64,000 nucleotides of DNA from an uncultured Gemmatimonadaceae bacterium (GCA_963740355.1 CAVUDW010000003.1:2368001-2432000), one strand, 5' to 3'. Counted from the stretch's first letter, positions 1-9,529 are shown. The notes: a model not told the origin generated them from the sequence alone. Made by a program: numbers and translations.

Positions 1-936
1 TACGAGTACCTGTCACCGACCTGGAAGAAGAACGCCGCCACCATCACCGAGCCGGCGCCGTTCGCTCCTGCGGCAGCCGCCGGCAATACCTTCGACCTGC
101 CGGACATCGATCGCACGCCGAAATTTTTCATCGGTGGCAAGCAGGCGCGCCCGGACGGTGGCTACACGATCGCCGTGCGCGGCCCGAATGGGCACACCGT
201 CGGTGAAGTGGGCGACGGCAACCGCAAGGATCTCCGGAATGCCGTCAGCGCCGCACTGGCCGCCAAGGGGTGGGCCCGAGCGTCAGGACACAATCGTGCG
301 CAGATCCTCTACTATCTGGCGGAGAATCTCTCTGCCCGAAGTGCGGAGTTCGCCCGTCGCATCGATGGCATGATCGGCAGTGGCGGTGCCCTCGAAGTCG
401 ACCGCTCGATCGCACGCCTCTTCACCTACGCCGCCTGGGCGGACAAGTACGATGGAGCCGTGCATAGCGTGCCGATGCGCGGCGTGACCCTGGCCATGAA
501 CGAACCGATCGGCTGCATGGGACTCGTCTGCCCCGCTGAGCACCCGCTGCTCGGATTCGTCAGCCTCGTGGCACCTGCCATCGCGATGGGCAACACGACA
601 GTCGTCGTGCCCAGCGAGCTCTCTCCGCTGGCCGCCACCGACTTCTATCAGGTGCTGGAGACGTCGGATGTCCCTGCCGGCGTCGTCAACATCATCACGG
701 GATCACGCACCGCCCTCGCCAAGACACTCGCCGAACACGACGAAGTCGATGGGCTCTGGTACTTCGGCCCGCGCGAAGGTGCGACCGCCGTCGAGCGCTA
801 CTCGGCCGACAACATGAAGCGGACCTGGACCGAGTGGACGCGTCGGGACTGGACCACCACGGCCGAAGGCGAAGGGCGCGACTTCCTGCGCCACGCGACG
901 CAGATCAAGAACATCTGGATCCCGTACGGCGAGTAG
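1..936 (+). CDS. Aldehyde dehydrogenase, C-terminal part (ALDH16-like two-module type); 5' end lies outside the window
   Basis: Frame is open from base 1 (YEYLSPTW...DRTPKFFIGGKQARPD). ALDH NAD-binding motifs EPIG, APAIAMGNT, PAGVVNIITG; ends KNIWIPYGE without a second catalytic domain. Confidence 0.85.
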   Translation, partial: YEYLSPTWKKNAATITEPAPFAPAAAAGNTFDLPDIDRTPKFFIGGKQARPDGGYTIAVRGPNGHTVGEVGDGNRKDLRNAVSAALAAKGWARASGHNRAQILYYLAENLSARSAEFARRIDGMIGSGGALEVDRSIARLFTYAAWADKYDGAVHSVPMRGVTLAMNEPIGCMGLVCPAEHPLLGFVSLVAPAIAMGNTTVVVPSELSPLAATDFYQVLETSDVPAGVVNIITGSRTALAKTLAEHDEVDGLWYFGPREGATAVERYSADNMKRTWTEWTRRDWTTTAEGEGRDFLRHATQIKNIWIPYGE

Positions 937-975
937 CCCCGGCGAATCTGATCACGGCACTGACACCAGAAAATG

Positions 976-1011
976 ACGACGCCCGCGATCTGTGCAGATC
1001 GCGGGCGTCGT
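976..1011. terminator. Hairpin between convergent genes; probable bidirectional terminator
   Basis: ACGACGCCCGCGATCTG-tg-CAGATCGCGGGCGTCGT, perfect 17-bp arms. Confidence 0.7.
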
Positions 1012-1021
1012 GCTTCGGCAC

Positions 1022-1642
1022 TCAGGCCAACGGTGCCAACCCGCTTTCCACGCGACGGCGTTCCGCGACTTCAACGTGATGCTGGTTGTGGAGCAGCGTG
1101 AAAAGCATCATCTCGCGTACAGTCAGCTTGCCGAGCAGCGGATGTGGCAAGCGGTGGGTATCGAGCTGCGATTCGGTCCACTTCTCCATCGCCTGCGTCA
1201 GCCCACGCAGGGTCTCCGAGTGCGCATCCATGATCGCATCGCGACGCGCGGTGTCCCCGTTCGAACGCTCTGGTGACGGCGCGTAGCGGCCGGCGGTCCC
1301 ACCCGCCGCCAGGGCCTGCGCATACATCGACTCGATCTGCTCGTACGACCGCGAGGGCTCCTCGGCACTGCCGAACATCACCCGCAGCGCCAAACGCGGT
1401 ACACGCAGCACGGGCAGCAACGGCGTCATGGAGCGCGTCAGGTGGCGCACATGCTCTGCCGGAGACCAGTGGCTGCCGATCGGTGCGAAGAACTCTCTGG
1501 TGCTGACGCGTGACCAGTAGTCGACTGCCGACTCATGCGCCGACTCCAGTGCCTCGATGATCTCGCGACGATTCGTCAGCGCGCTGTGCACGCTCGGGGC
1601 ATTCAATACGGTGCTCATGACCATCCGGGGGTGACGCGACAA
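1022..1642 (-). CDS. DinB/YfiT-like family protein (start uncertain)
   Basis: WSPAEHVRHL, HPLLGKLTVRE and HNQHH His motifs typical of the DinB superfamily. Confidence 0.8.
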   Translation of the reverse strand: MSRHPRMVMSTVLNAPSVHSALTNRREIIEALESAHESAVDYWSRVSTREFFAPIGSHWSPAEHVRHLTRSMTPLLPVLRVPRLALRVMFGSAEEPSRSYEQIESMYAQALAAGGTAGRYAPSPERSNGDTARRDAIMDAHSETLRGLTQAMEKWTESQLDTHRLPHPLLGKLTVREMMLFTLLHNQHHVEVAERRRVESGLAPLA

Positions 1643-1824
1643 TCGCGGACTGCACGGGAAAGGTAGCCCCGAAGTGGCTCCCGCACGTCAGCGTTCCGCC
1701 GACATCTCGTGATCGCACTGACCGCCGCACGCGTTTGCGGTGACCGTCGGACCGACGAGATTGCTGCCGTTGGAAGCCCCGTGATTTCTCTCAGACCACC
1801 GCCTGTTTTCCGCAGCCCGCTTCC

Positions 1825-2772
1825 GTGTCCGACTCACCAGCCATCGAGCGTTTCCGCGCCTTCCGCAAATCGCTCGGCAGGACACCGCGCCTTCATAAAG
1901 CCATCATCAGCGCACGAGGCCTACAGTTTGCGGTCTTTTCGACTGAAGATCCGCAAATTGGTACGCTGCCGCTGATCTGCGTCAATGGCGGGCTGATTTT
2001 CGACCACAAGCTCCTCTGGCCGGCACTCTCGCCCCTCGCACGCCAACGGCAACTCATCTTCTATGACCAGCGCGGTCGAGGGGCGACGTCCATCCCGCCT
2101 GCCGCCCGGACGTCACGCGTCGAATTCGACGCCGGTGATCTGGCCGCACTTCCGGACGCGATCGGCGTCAGCCGCTACCACCTGCTGGGCCATTCCTGGG
2201 GCGGCGGTATTTCGATGTTGTCGACGCGGTATAAAAGCGCGGGCGTCGCATCGCTCACCCTCATCAACCCCGTCGGCCTGACGTCCAGCTGGCTGCCCGA
2301 GCTCACACCGACCGCCATCACGCGCCTGTCCGGCAACGCGCTCACTCGCCTGATCGCCGCCGACTCGGCAATCCAGCCGGGCATGCCGACTGCCGACGAC
2401 CCTGATGCGCTCAGCGAGTACGCCGCCGCGATCTATCCCGCCTGGTTCCACGAGCCGGACCTCGCCACGCTCCTCGCCCCACCTCGATCCAGCAGCGTCG
2501 CCGGCGCCGCCGTCTCGGCTCGACTCCGGAGGGAAGGCTACGACTGGCGAGATCTCGTCGGCCCCATCCCCATGCCCACGCTGCTGATTCACGGCCAGTC
2601 GGACCTGCTCCCCATCGCCCTCGCGCGCAGCACCACCGCCGCCCTTGGGGCCCTCGCTACCCTCCTCCCGGTTCCAGACGCGGGACACAATCCGTTCTGG
2701 GAACAGCCTTCGATCGTCTTCCCCGCAATCGAAGGGTTCCTCGCGGCTTCCGACCGCTCGACGCAGGCCTGA
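1825..2772 (+). CDS. Alpha/beta hydrolase (proline iminopeptidase-like)
   Basis: YDQRGRG, GHSWGG nucleophile elbow, HGQSD, AGHNPFWE. Confidence 0.85.
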   Translation: MSDSPAIERFRAFRKSLGRTPRLHKAIISARGLQFAVFSTEDPQIGTLPLICVNGGLIFDHKLLWPALSPLARQRQLIFYDQRGRGATSIPPAARTSRVEFDAGDLAALPDAIGVSRYHLLGHSWGGGISMLSTRYKSAGVASLTLINPVGLTSSWLPELTPTAITRLSGNALTRLIAADSAIQPGMPTADDPDALSEYAAAIYPAWFHEPDLATLLAPPRSSSVAGAAVSARLRREGYDWRDLVGPIPMPTLLIHGQSDLLPIALARSTTAALGALATLLPVPDAGHNPFWEQPSIVFPAIEGFLAASDRSTQA

Positions 2773-2800
2773 TCCGCACCGCTTCCGCCCTGACACACTG

Positions 2801-3649
2801 ATGCGCCCACCCTCGCTGCCACGCATCCTCGGGCTGGTCCTCGCCGGCCTCGCCGCGCTGGTCCTGCTCGAGACGGCCAGCGTCCGACGCCACGGCTACG
2901 ACCTCGCCGGCAGCCGCGCCGGCGCCGACAGCGTGCAGCAAAGCGCCGACGCCGCCCCCGCACTGGCCAGCGCTGCACGCACCGCCGCGCGCCTCAACAC
3001 CGAGGCCAGCGACTCGATCCGTCGCGCCGACGCGCGCGCGTTGATCGCATCGCGCAGCACGGGCACCTTCGTCCCCGACATCCTCCTGCTCTCCGACAGC
3101 ACGCTGCAACGCTGGCCGGATCGCCGCGCCACACCACTGCGCGTCTATATCAGTGAAGACGGCCCGAATGCCTCCGGCCACGTACGCGATGACTACCTGC
3201 AGGCCGTCCGCGAAGCGTTCACCATCTGGGAAGGCGTCGAGCTCCCGCTCCGCTTCGCCTTCGTGACCGATTCGGCGCTGGCCGACATCACCGTCTCATG
3301 GGTCACCGACTTCCGCGGCGATCCCGTGCTCGGACGCACCAAGGTGGTGCGCGACAGCCGGTATTGGATCATCCGCTCGGATGTGCAGTTGGCCACCATG
3401 CGGCGCGACGCTGCCGGACCACTGGAGCCCACTGTCGTGCGCGCACTCGCCATTCACGAGATCGGACATGGCATCGGCCTCGATCATGCGCGAGATACCA
3501 CGGTGATCATGGCGCCGAAAATTCGCGCCCGCGCCATCACCCTCGCCGACAAGGCCACTGCGCAGCTGCTCTACAGCGTCCCGCCTGGATCAGTCGTGAC
3601 GCAGAAGCGTGCGTCGCGGCCGCTGCCTCCGGCCATGCCGTCGCCGTGA
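2801..3649 (+). CDS. Matrixin (M10-like) zinc metalloprotease with N-terminal membrane anchor
   Basis: HEIGHGIGLDH (HExxHxxGxxH) plus Met-turn VIMAP; hydrophobic N-terminus from ATG 2801. Confidence 0.85.
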   Translation: MRPPSLPRILGLVLAGLAALVLLETASVRRHGYDLAGSRAGADSVQQSADAAPALASAARTAARLNTEASDSIRRADARALIASRSTGTFVPDILLLSDSTLQRWPDRRATPLRVYISEDGPNASGHVRDDYLQAVREAFTIWEGVELPLRFAFVTDSALADITVSWVTDFRGDPVLGRTKVVRDSRYWIIRSDVQLATMRRDAAGPLEPTVVRALAIHEIGHGIGLDHARDTTVIMAPKIRARAITLADKATAQLLYSVPPGSVVTQKRASRPLPPAMPSP

Positions 3650-3723
3650 GCTGACGGCGCCTCGCACCTGTCACCGACCGCGAGCGTCCCCATTGCGCAG
3701 CGTTGCAACAGCGCGCGGTCACG

Positions 3724-4932
3724 CTACCACTGCAGCGTGATCGCGCGCTCCTTCTTCTGGCGGTTCACCACCAGCGCCACACGCTTCATCCCGCGCGACA
3801 TCGCCTGCTGCACTGCGCGCTGCAGGTCACGCACCCCTTCGCAGTCTTCGTCGTTGACGCGGGTGATCACATCACCACCGCGTAGCCCTGAGGTTGCCGC
3901 CGGAGTTCCGGGTGCCACGCGCAACACCAGGATCCCTTCATCCACACCGGTCAGGTCTTCCAGGTCATCGGTGATCGTCGTCATCACGGCGCCAGCGATC
4001 GAGTAGTCAGTCGATGACCAGGACGACGTGCGACCGAAGACACCAGCCGGCGGTGTGATTGCGGCCGGTGCCGGCGGCATCGAAGCCTGGCCCGGTACGG
4101 CTGGTTGTGCGACTGGTGCACGCGCGCCGCGCGGCAGGGTGATGGCGAGGGTGCACTCCTCGCCCGGGCAGGCGAGTTTGCCCGACATCCCTTCCACATC
4201 GAAGCTGCGCACCTCGAACTGCCGCTCACCAACCACCACCGTCTGCGTGCGCTCGCGACCGTCGCGGCGGATGCGCATCGCGAGGCGTTCACCGGGCGTC
4301 ATGATCTCGCCCAGTGGCACTGCGCCTGGCAGCGACACCTTCCCGAACGCGAGGATCGTGTCGCCGGCCTGCAGCCCGCCCTGCGCGGCGGGACTTCCTG
4401 CCTCCACCGAGGCGATCACCGCCGGCGATGTGAACAGCGTGAACACCTTGCCGTCGCGCAGTTCTGTATTCTGCTCCCCCGACAGCGAGACACCGAGATA
4501 GCCGCGCGGAAACGAGCGGGTGCTGAACGTCAGGCGACGCTGCTGATCCGCCAACGCCCGCGCCACGTCGGCCATCGCCCGGGCGCTCGCGATCTGCACG
4601 CGAAGCTGCGCGCGCGAGGCTTCCGCCACGTTGCGCGCCTGCGCGCGGTCGGCCTCCGCCTGCACCCGCGCAATCTCGCGTGCCAGCTCGGCAATCTCCC
4701 GCGACGTCACCCGCACGATCGAGTCACGCACCTTCGAGTCCGATCGCGACGCGCGCTCCAGGTCTCGCTGCATCCGCGACAACGCGCGCGACTGCTGCTC
4801 GAGCGACTGCCGCATCCGTTCCGCCAGTTCGCGCGAACGTGCCTCGACATCGGTGCCCTCCTGGGCCCGCACCGCCCCAGCACTCACCAGCACAGCCATC
4901 GCCAGTGTGACAACACGTCCCATTCGCATCAA
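3724..4932 (-). CDS. Exported protein with coiled-coil N-region and two PDZ domains
   Basis: Signal peptide (AVRA/Q); GYLGV...GSPAAQGGLQAGDTI and GTPAATSGLRGGDVI PDZ motifs; no trypsin domain seen. Confidence 0.8.
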   Translation of the reverse strand: MMRMGRVVTLAMAVLVSAGAVRAQEGTDVEARSRELAERMRQSLEQQSRALSRMQRDLERASRSDSKVRDSIVRVTSREIAELAREIARVQAEADRAQARNVAEASRAQLRVQIASARAMADVARALADQQRRLTFSTRSFPRGYLGVSLSGEQNTELRDGKVFTLFTSPAVIASVEAGSPAAQGGLQAGDTILAFGKVSLPGAVPLGEIMTPGERLAMRIRRDGRERTQTVVVGERQFEVRSFDVEGMSGKLACPGEECTLAITLPRGARAPVAQPAVPGQASMPPAPAAITPPAGVFGRTSSWSSTDYSIAGAVMTTITDDLEDLTGVDEGILVLRVAPGTPAATSGLRGGDVITRVNDEDCEGVRDLQRAVQQAMSRGMKRVALVVNRQKKERAITLQW

Positions 4933-5771
4933 TACTCCAGCACCTGTTGCGACGCCGGCAGCACCGTGGTCAAGCGACGCAACGTCACTTCACGGGCGCC
5001 CAGCGTGGCGAGATAGTAGCGATTCATGACCGGATCATTCGGCGCTTCATACAGCGCGCGACGCGCCGTGGCCATGGCGGCGTCCAGCACTTCCAGCCGC
5101 TGCCGGTAATTCGTGGCCGCCGCCGCCGAGCCGCGGCCGAGTGGTGGGGCCAGGGCGCTGTCGTGCGCCGCAAGCCAGAGCAGCGCACCGCTGTACACCT
5201 CTTCGGCGGAATGCAGCGTCGCTCGCGCATCGTCCGGCGTGCGGAACTGCACCACCGGAATCATCTGCGCGTTCGGGGCCGCTGACTGCACCGCAGCCAC
5301 CGAGGGCGTCGGCTCCGGCAACAGCGCCGGGCCACGCGCCGTCATGCGCCCCCCCGCGACACCAACCGTCACCAGCACGGCGGCCGCCGCAGCCATGCCA
5401 GCCACCCGCTGCCAACCGCCGCGCCGGGCGCGGATATCCGTCACATCGCGCACGTCCACGTCACGCTGGTCACGCATCGTCGCGGCGACGCTGGGCGCAG
5501 ACTGAATCGGGCGAATCTCCGTCGGCGTCGCGACCATCGCACGCGGCGCATCCCTCAGCACCCCTTCCGCGCGCAGCGCGGCGGAGAGCTGCTGCCACGG
5601 CACCAGGGGCGTGATCGGCCGATCGCGTTCCGACGCTGCAGCGGCCACGATTCGGCGGACGGCGATGAAGTCTGCGCGGCAGCGCTGGCACCGTTCGAGG
5701 TGCTCACGCTCATCCTGCGTCGCTGGTTCATCGACCAGCGCGGCAATCCGTTCAGGCGACAGGTGCTGCAT
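4929..5771 (-). CDS. Zinc-binding anti-sigma factor (zf-HC2) with a TM helix
   Basis: MQHL...EHLERCQRC (HxxxCxxC); central hydrophobic helix; overlaps the ECF gene. Confidence 0.8.
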   Translation of the reverse strand: MQHLSPERIAALVDEPATQDEREHLERCQRCRADFIAVRRIVAAAASERDRPITPLVPWQQLSAALRAEGVLRDAPRAMVATPTEIRPIQSAPSVAATMRDQRDVDVRDVTDIRARRGGWQRVAGMAAAAAVLVTVGVAGGRMTARGPALLPEPTPSVAAVQSAAPNAQMIPVVQFRTPDDARATLHSAEEVYSGALLWLAAHDSALAPPLGRGSAAAATNYRQRLEVLDAAMATARRALYEAPNDPVMNRYYLATLGAREVTLRRLTTVLPASQQVLEY

Positions 5772-6330
5772 AGCCAGCTTCCATGGTCGGTGTAGACAGA
5801 TGATCCATCAACGGCGCCAGCAGGCGGCGCAATCGTGCGCGCGCCTTGAACAGCTGTGATTTCGAACCGCCGGTGGTGATGCCCAGCTGTTCCGCGATCT
5901 CCTCGTGCGTGAAACCTTCCACATCGTGAAGCACGAAGACCGTCCGAGCTCCGCGCGGCAACTTCTCCACCGCCTGCGTGATCGACTCGCGTACGAACGG
6001 TTGCTCCACATCGTCCTCCACCATCGCCGTCTCCTCCGTCAGTTCCTCGTGCACACCCATCAGTCGTCGCGCCCGGCGCAATGCATTCAGCGTCCGGTTG
6101 ACCGCGATGCGATGCGCCCAGGTCGAGAACTGCGCGTCGCCCCGGAACGTCGGCAAGGCCCGGAAGATCTGGATCCAGACTTCCTGTGCGATGTCCGCCG
6201 CCTCATCCAGGTCGTGCACCAGTCTCCGCACCACGGCATCGACCCGTGGCGCGTGCTCGGCCCAGAGCGCTCGCATCGCCAGTTCGTCCCCGGCGACTGC
6301 TCGCGCGATCAACTCCTCATCGGTAGTCAA
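5752..6330 (-). CDS. ECF RNA polymerase sigma factor
   Basis: DIAQEVW, FSTWAHRIAVN (region 2); LPRGARTVFVLHDVEGFTHEEIAEQLGI (region 4). Confidence 0.95.
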   Translation of the reverse strand: MTTDEELIARAVAGDELAMRALWAEHAPRVDAVVRRLVHDLDEAADIAQEVWIQIFRALPTFRGDAQFSTWAHRIAVNRTLNALRRARRLMGVHEELTEETAMVEDDVEQPFVRESITQAVEKLPRGARTVFVLHDVEGFTHEEIAEQLGITTGGSKSQLFKARARLRRLLAPLMDHLSTPTMEAGYAAPVA

Positions 6331-6608
6331 CGGCGTAGTACGGACGAACGGTGGGGCGGGCGACCGGCGCCGAGACGGGCGCGATGCTGTATTCGGTCAT
6401 GCGACACGGGGGTGGCGGTAATGGTTTACCGGCGGGGGCAGTCCGGCCGCCCCCGCATCCATGCGCCACACAACGGGGCCGGTCGCGCGCAGGATTCGGT
6501 GGCCTGGCGCTCGGAGCGCCGTTCGGCCGAATTGCGTGTACAGGGGTGCTGCCCCGTGTACGCGAAATTCATGGCGTTAAACCGTTGCCACATCTGGAGT
6601 TCGCCCCC

Positions 6609-6718
6609 GATCAAGGGGTCAGAGATCTTGATCGGCCATTTCGAGGCCTAACTCGTTGTCCAAAATACGTTTGGCGAAGATCAAGATCTCCGACCCCTTG
6701 ATCGTGACCCCCTTGATC
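6609..6718. repeat. REP/MITE-like inverted repeat: 25-bp arms at 6609-6633 and 6679-6703, plus a partial third copy at 6706-6718
   Basis: GATCAAGGGGTCAGAGATCTTGATC versus the reverse complement of GATCAAGATCTCCGACCCCTTGATC: one mismatch. Confidence 0.75.
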
Positions 6719-6868
6719 GTTCGCCGAGCAAGTTCTCTGCCCCTCGCTGTCCCCATTGAGCTGGCATCCTACCTCACGTGAGAGCACACAAACCTTTATG
6801 CTGGTTACACTTGGCCCTCACTTGACTCAGCTATTGGCCCGTCGTACCATGCGTTCACGGATCGCGGC

Positions 6869-6894
6869 GGAACGTTCCGCCCCCTGCGTCGTCT
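6869..6894 (+). promoter_or_regulatory. Candidate ECF-sigma promoter for the serine hydrolase gene
   Basis: GGAAC-N16-CGTCT, matching the general ECF AAC/CGT consensus. Confidence 0.5.
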
Positions 6895-7012
6895 CATAAG
6901 TGACTGACAGGTCGAACGGTCAGGCTCGTGCTTGAACGTGTCGATGCTCTTTGCTTGAAGCCCTTCGCTTGAAGCCCTCGCAAGTCCTGCCGCAGCGCAT
7001 TCCGGAGTCGCC

Positions 7013-8575
7013 GTGATCGTCAAGCTCGTCACCGCTCTTACGCTCAGCATCGCCGCCCTGCCAACGAATCCGGTTCGGATCGATGGTGAAGGGCTGCCGA
7101 AAGCGCGCCCGGAAGAGGTGGAGATGAGTGCGCTGCGTCTCGATGCCATCACGCGCGTCGTGCGTCGTGGCATTTCCGAGGGTGGCTTTCCTGGCGCCGC
7201 CGTGGTCGTCGGTCGTCGTGGGTCTGCGGTCTATTCGCAGGGTTTTGGCCGCCTGTCGTGGGGCCCGGATGCACCAAGCGTCTCCCCCGATCGTTCCGTG
7301 TACGACCTCGCCAGCCTCACCAAGGTCATCGGCACCACGACCGCGATCATGCTCCTCTACGATGAGGGCAAGATCAAGCTCGACGACAAGGTCATCACGT
7401 TCTTCCCCGAATTCGGTGGTGGCGAGAAGGACAACGTCACCATCCAGGATCTGCTGACGCACCGGAGTGGTTTGCCGGCGGGTCGCGATCTGTGGCGTCT
7501 CGCCTGGTCGCCTGCCGATGCGCAGCGCCTCGTGCTCGGCACGCCGCTCGAATACTCCCCCGGCACGCGCTACGTCTACTCCGATCTCGGCGCAGACATC
7601 CTCGGCTTCATCGCCGAGCGCGCCAGCGGACGCAAGCTCGACGAATTGCTGCAGGACAAGGTGTTCACGCCACTCGGCATGACCGAGACCTGGTATCGCG
7701 TGCCGGCCAACGTGCGCGAGCGCACGGCGCCGACCGCCACCATGTCGGTGCGTGGCTATTCGCTGCAGGGTGATGTGCACGACGAAAATGCCCATGCACT
7801 GGGCGGCGTTGCCGGACACGCAGGGTTGTTCAGCACGGCCGGCGATCTCTCGGTGTTCGCCACCATGATGCTCAACAAGGGTGTCTACCTCGGCAAGCGG
7901 ATCATCAGTGATTCGACGGTCGAGCGATTCACCGCGCACGCCCCAGGGTCGTCGCGCGCACTGGGCTGGGACACCTGCGCCGGTCACAATGGCGTCGGCT
8001 GCGGTCGCTACATGTCGGCCACGGCCTACGGACACACCGGCTTCACGGGCACCTCGATCTGGATCGACCCCGAGCGCGACATGTTCGTCGTCCTGCTCAC
8101 CAATCGTGTGTTTGAGTCGCGCGCGCGTCGCCCCGAACGTGTGATTTCCGATGTGCGCGCCGATCTCGCCGACGCCTCGGCGTGGGCCGTCACCGCGCCA
8201 GGGCAGGCCGTTGAAGTCGACGGCGATCCCGAATTCCGCGCTGACTACGCCACGGGCTGGAATCCGGCGCCGGAAGTGCGGTATCGCGCCGCCGCTGGCT
8301 GCGGCGTGAGCCGCGGCCGCGCCCTGGCCCGCAAGTCGGCCGGTCGCAGCAGCGCCAAGTCTCGTCGCGCCGCCTGCAGCTCGTCCCGGTCGAAGTCCGC
8401 CGGCCGTTCCGTGTCGGCCAAGCGCTCGTCCCGTTCCTCGGCCTCGGCGCGCACGAGCAGCCGTTCCCGTGCCTCGGCGCGTGCGTCGTCGGCTCGCAAG
8501 CGCACCGCCAGCGCTCGTGCCGGCCGAGCCACGGCAGCCAAGGCCAAGCCCGTCGCCAAGAAGAAGCGTCGCTGA
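7013..8575 (+). CDS. Exported serine hydrolase (beta-lactamase class C/AmiE-like fold) with a highly basic C-terminal tail
   Basis: Signal peptide; SLTK (SxxK), LLTHRSGL, YSD, GHTGFTG; last ~90 aa are S/R/K/A-rich. Confidence 0.9.
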   Translation: MIVKLVTALTLSIAALPTNPVRIDGEGLPKARPEEVEMSALRLDAITRVVRRGISEGGFPGAAVVVGRRGSAVYSQGFGRLSWGPDAPSVSPDRSVYDLASLTKVIGTTTAIMLLYDEGKIKLDDKVITFFPEFGGGEKDNVTIQDLLTHRSGLPAGRDLWRLAWSPADAQRLVLGTPLEYSPGTRYVYSDLGADILGFIAERASGRKLDELLQDKVFTPLGMTETWYRVPANVRERTAPTATMSVRGYSLQGDVHDENAHALGGVAGHAGLFSTAGDLSVFATMMLNKGVYLGKRIISDSTVERFTAHAPGSSRALGWDTCAGHNGVGCGRYMSATAYGHTGFTGTSIWIDPERDMFVVLLTNRVFESRARRPERVISDVRADLADASAWAVTAPGQAVEVDGDPEFRADYATGWNPAPEVRYRAAAGCGVSRGRALARKSAGRSSAKSRRAACSSSRSKSAGRSVSAKRSSRSSASARTSSRSRASARASSARKRTASARAGRATAAKAKPVAKKKRR

Positions 8576-8627
8576 CGGGTTCGCCGCGCGGCCCGCGGGG
8601 CTCCACGGCCTGAGTAGCTTTCGCATC

Positions 8628-9008
8628 ATGCAGATGTCATCCGAAGAACCCATCGACAGCCCCGACGCCACCGGTGCGTCTGACGTCGCCGATGAAGAGA
8701 CCACCGCCGGCGGTGTCACGCTCGATCAGGCACGCCTCGTCCTGCGGCGCGTCAAGGATCCGGAGCTCAACTTGAACATCGTCGATCTCGGACTGATCTA
8801 CGACATTCAGGTCGAAGGCGCCGACATCAACGTCGACATGTCGCTCACCTCACCCGGCTGTCCATCCGGCCCGGAAATCATGGGTGAAGCGGAGAAGCAA
8901 TTGCGCACGGTGCCGGGCGTTGGCGAAGTGAAGATCAACCTCATCTGGTCGCCACCATGGACGCCGGACCGCATCGAGCCGCGCGTCCGCACGTACCTCG
9001 GCTTCTGA
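8628..9008 (+). CDS. sufT: DUF59/SufT-like Fe-S assembly protein
   Basis: DPELNLNIVDLGLIY, TSPGCP, PPWTPD motifs. Confidence 0.85.
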   Translation: MQMSSEEPIDSPDATGASDVADEETTAGGVTLDQARLVLRRVKDPELNLNIVDLGLIYDIQVEGADINVDMSLTSPGCPSGPEIMGEAEKQLRTVPGVGEVKINLIWSPPWTPDRIEPRVRTYLGF

Positions 9009-9529
9009 ACGCGTCGCGCAGTGCACGCGCCTGCCTCGCACTGAGCGCAGTTGTTGCGGCCTGCGGCCCCGCTGAGCCGAAACCCGCACCACCGCCGGTC
9101 AGCGTGACACCGGCGGGCACACATTCCGGCCCTGCGCCGCTCCCAACCTGCCCGGGTACCGGGCACTGGGAGCCGTGCACCGTCTTCGATCGCCTCGAGC
9201 GCGCAGGCCTCGCACCACAACGCGGCGATACGGTGCGTTTCCCGTTTCTGCGCGTTGCCGGACAGACATGGCGGCTTGGCTCTGCCACCATTCATGTCTT
9301 CCGCTATCGCGACAGCACATCGCGACACGCGGATTTTGCGGCGCTCGACAGCCTCAACGCACGCCCCCGTGGTGACACGCTGACGCGCTGGCCGGGTACA
9401 CCCACCGTGCTCGTGAACGACAACCTGCTCGCGATCCTGCTCAGCGAAAATGGCGAGCAGGTCGAACGAGTGAGTCTTGCCCTGACCGCAGGTCCGCCGC
9501 CGAAGGCGGTACCTGCCGCACCGAAATGA
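8957..9529 (+). CDS. Hypothetical lipoprotein (true start probably near 9005)
   Basis: Lipobox VAAC followed by a Pro-rich linker; stop overlaps the next start (ATGA). Confidence 0.65.
   Translation: MDAGPHRAARPHVPRLLNASRSARACLALSAVVAACGPAEPKPAPPPVSVTPAGTHSGPAPLPTCPGTGHWEPCTVFDRLERAGLAPQRGDTVRFPFLRVAGQTWRLGSATIHVFRYRDSTSRHADFAALDSLNARPRGDTLTRWPGTPTVLVNDNLLAILLSENGEQVERVSLALTAGPPPKAVPAAPK

Noticed and set aside
7013..8290. Antibiotic-resistance beta-lactamase call
   Set aside because: YSD and HTG motifs fit the wider esterase/amidase branch; resistance cannot be inferred from the fold.
6920..8719. 599-aa minus-strand ORF
   Set aside because: Antisense to the serine hydrolase; low-complexity translation.
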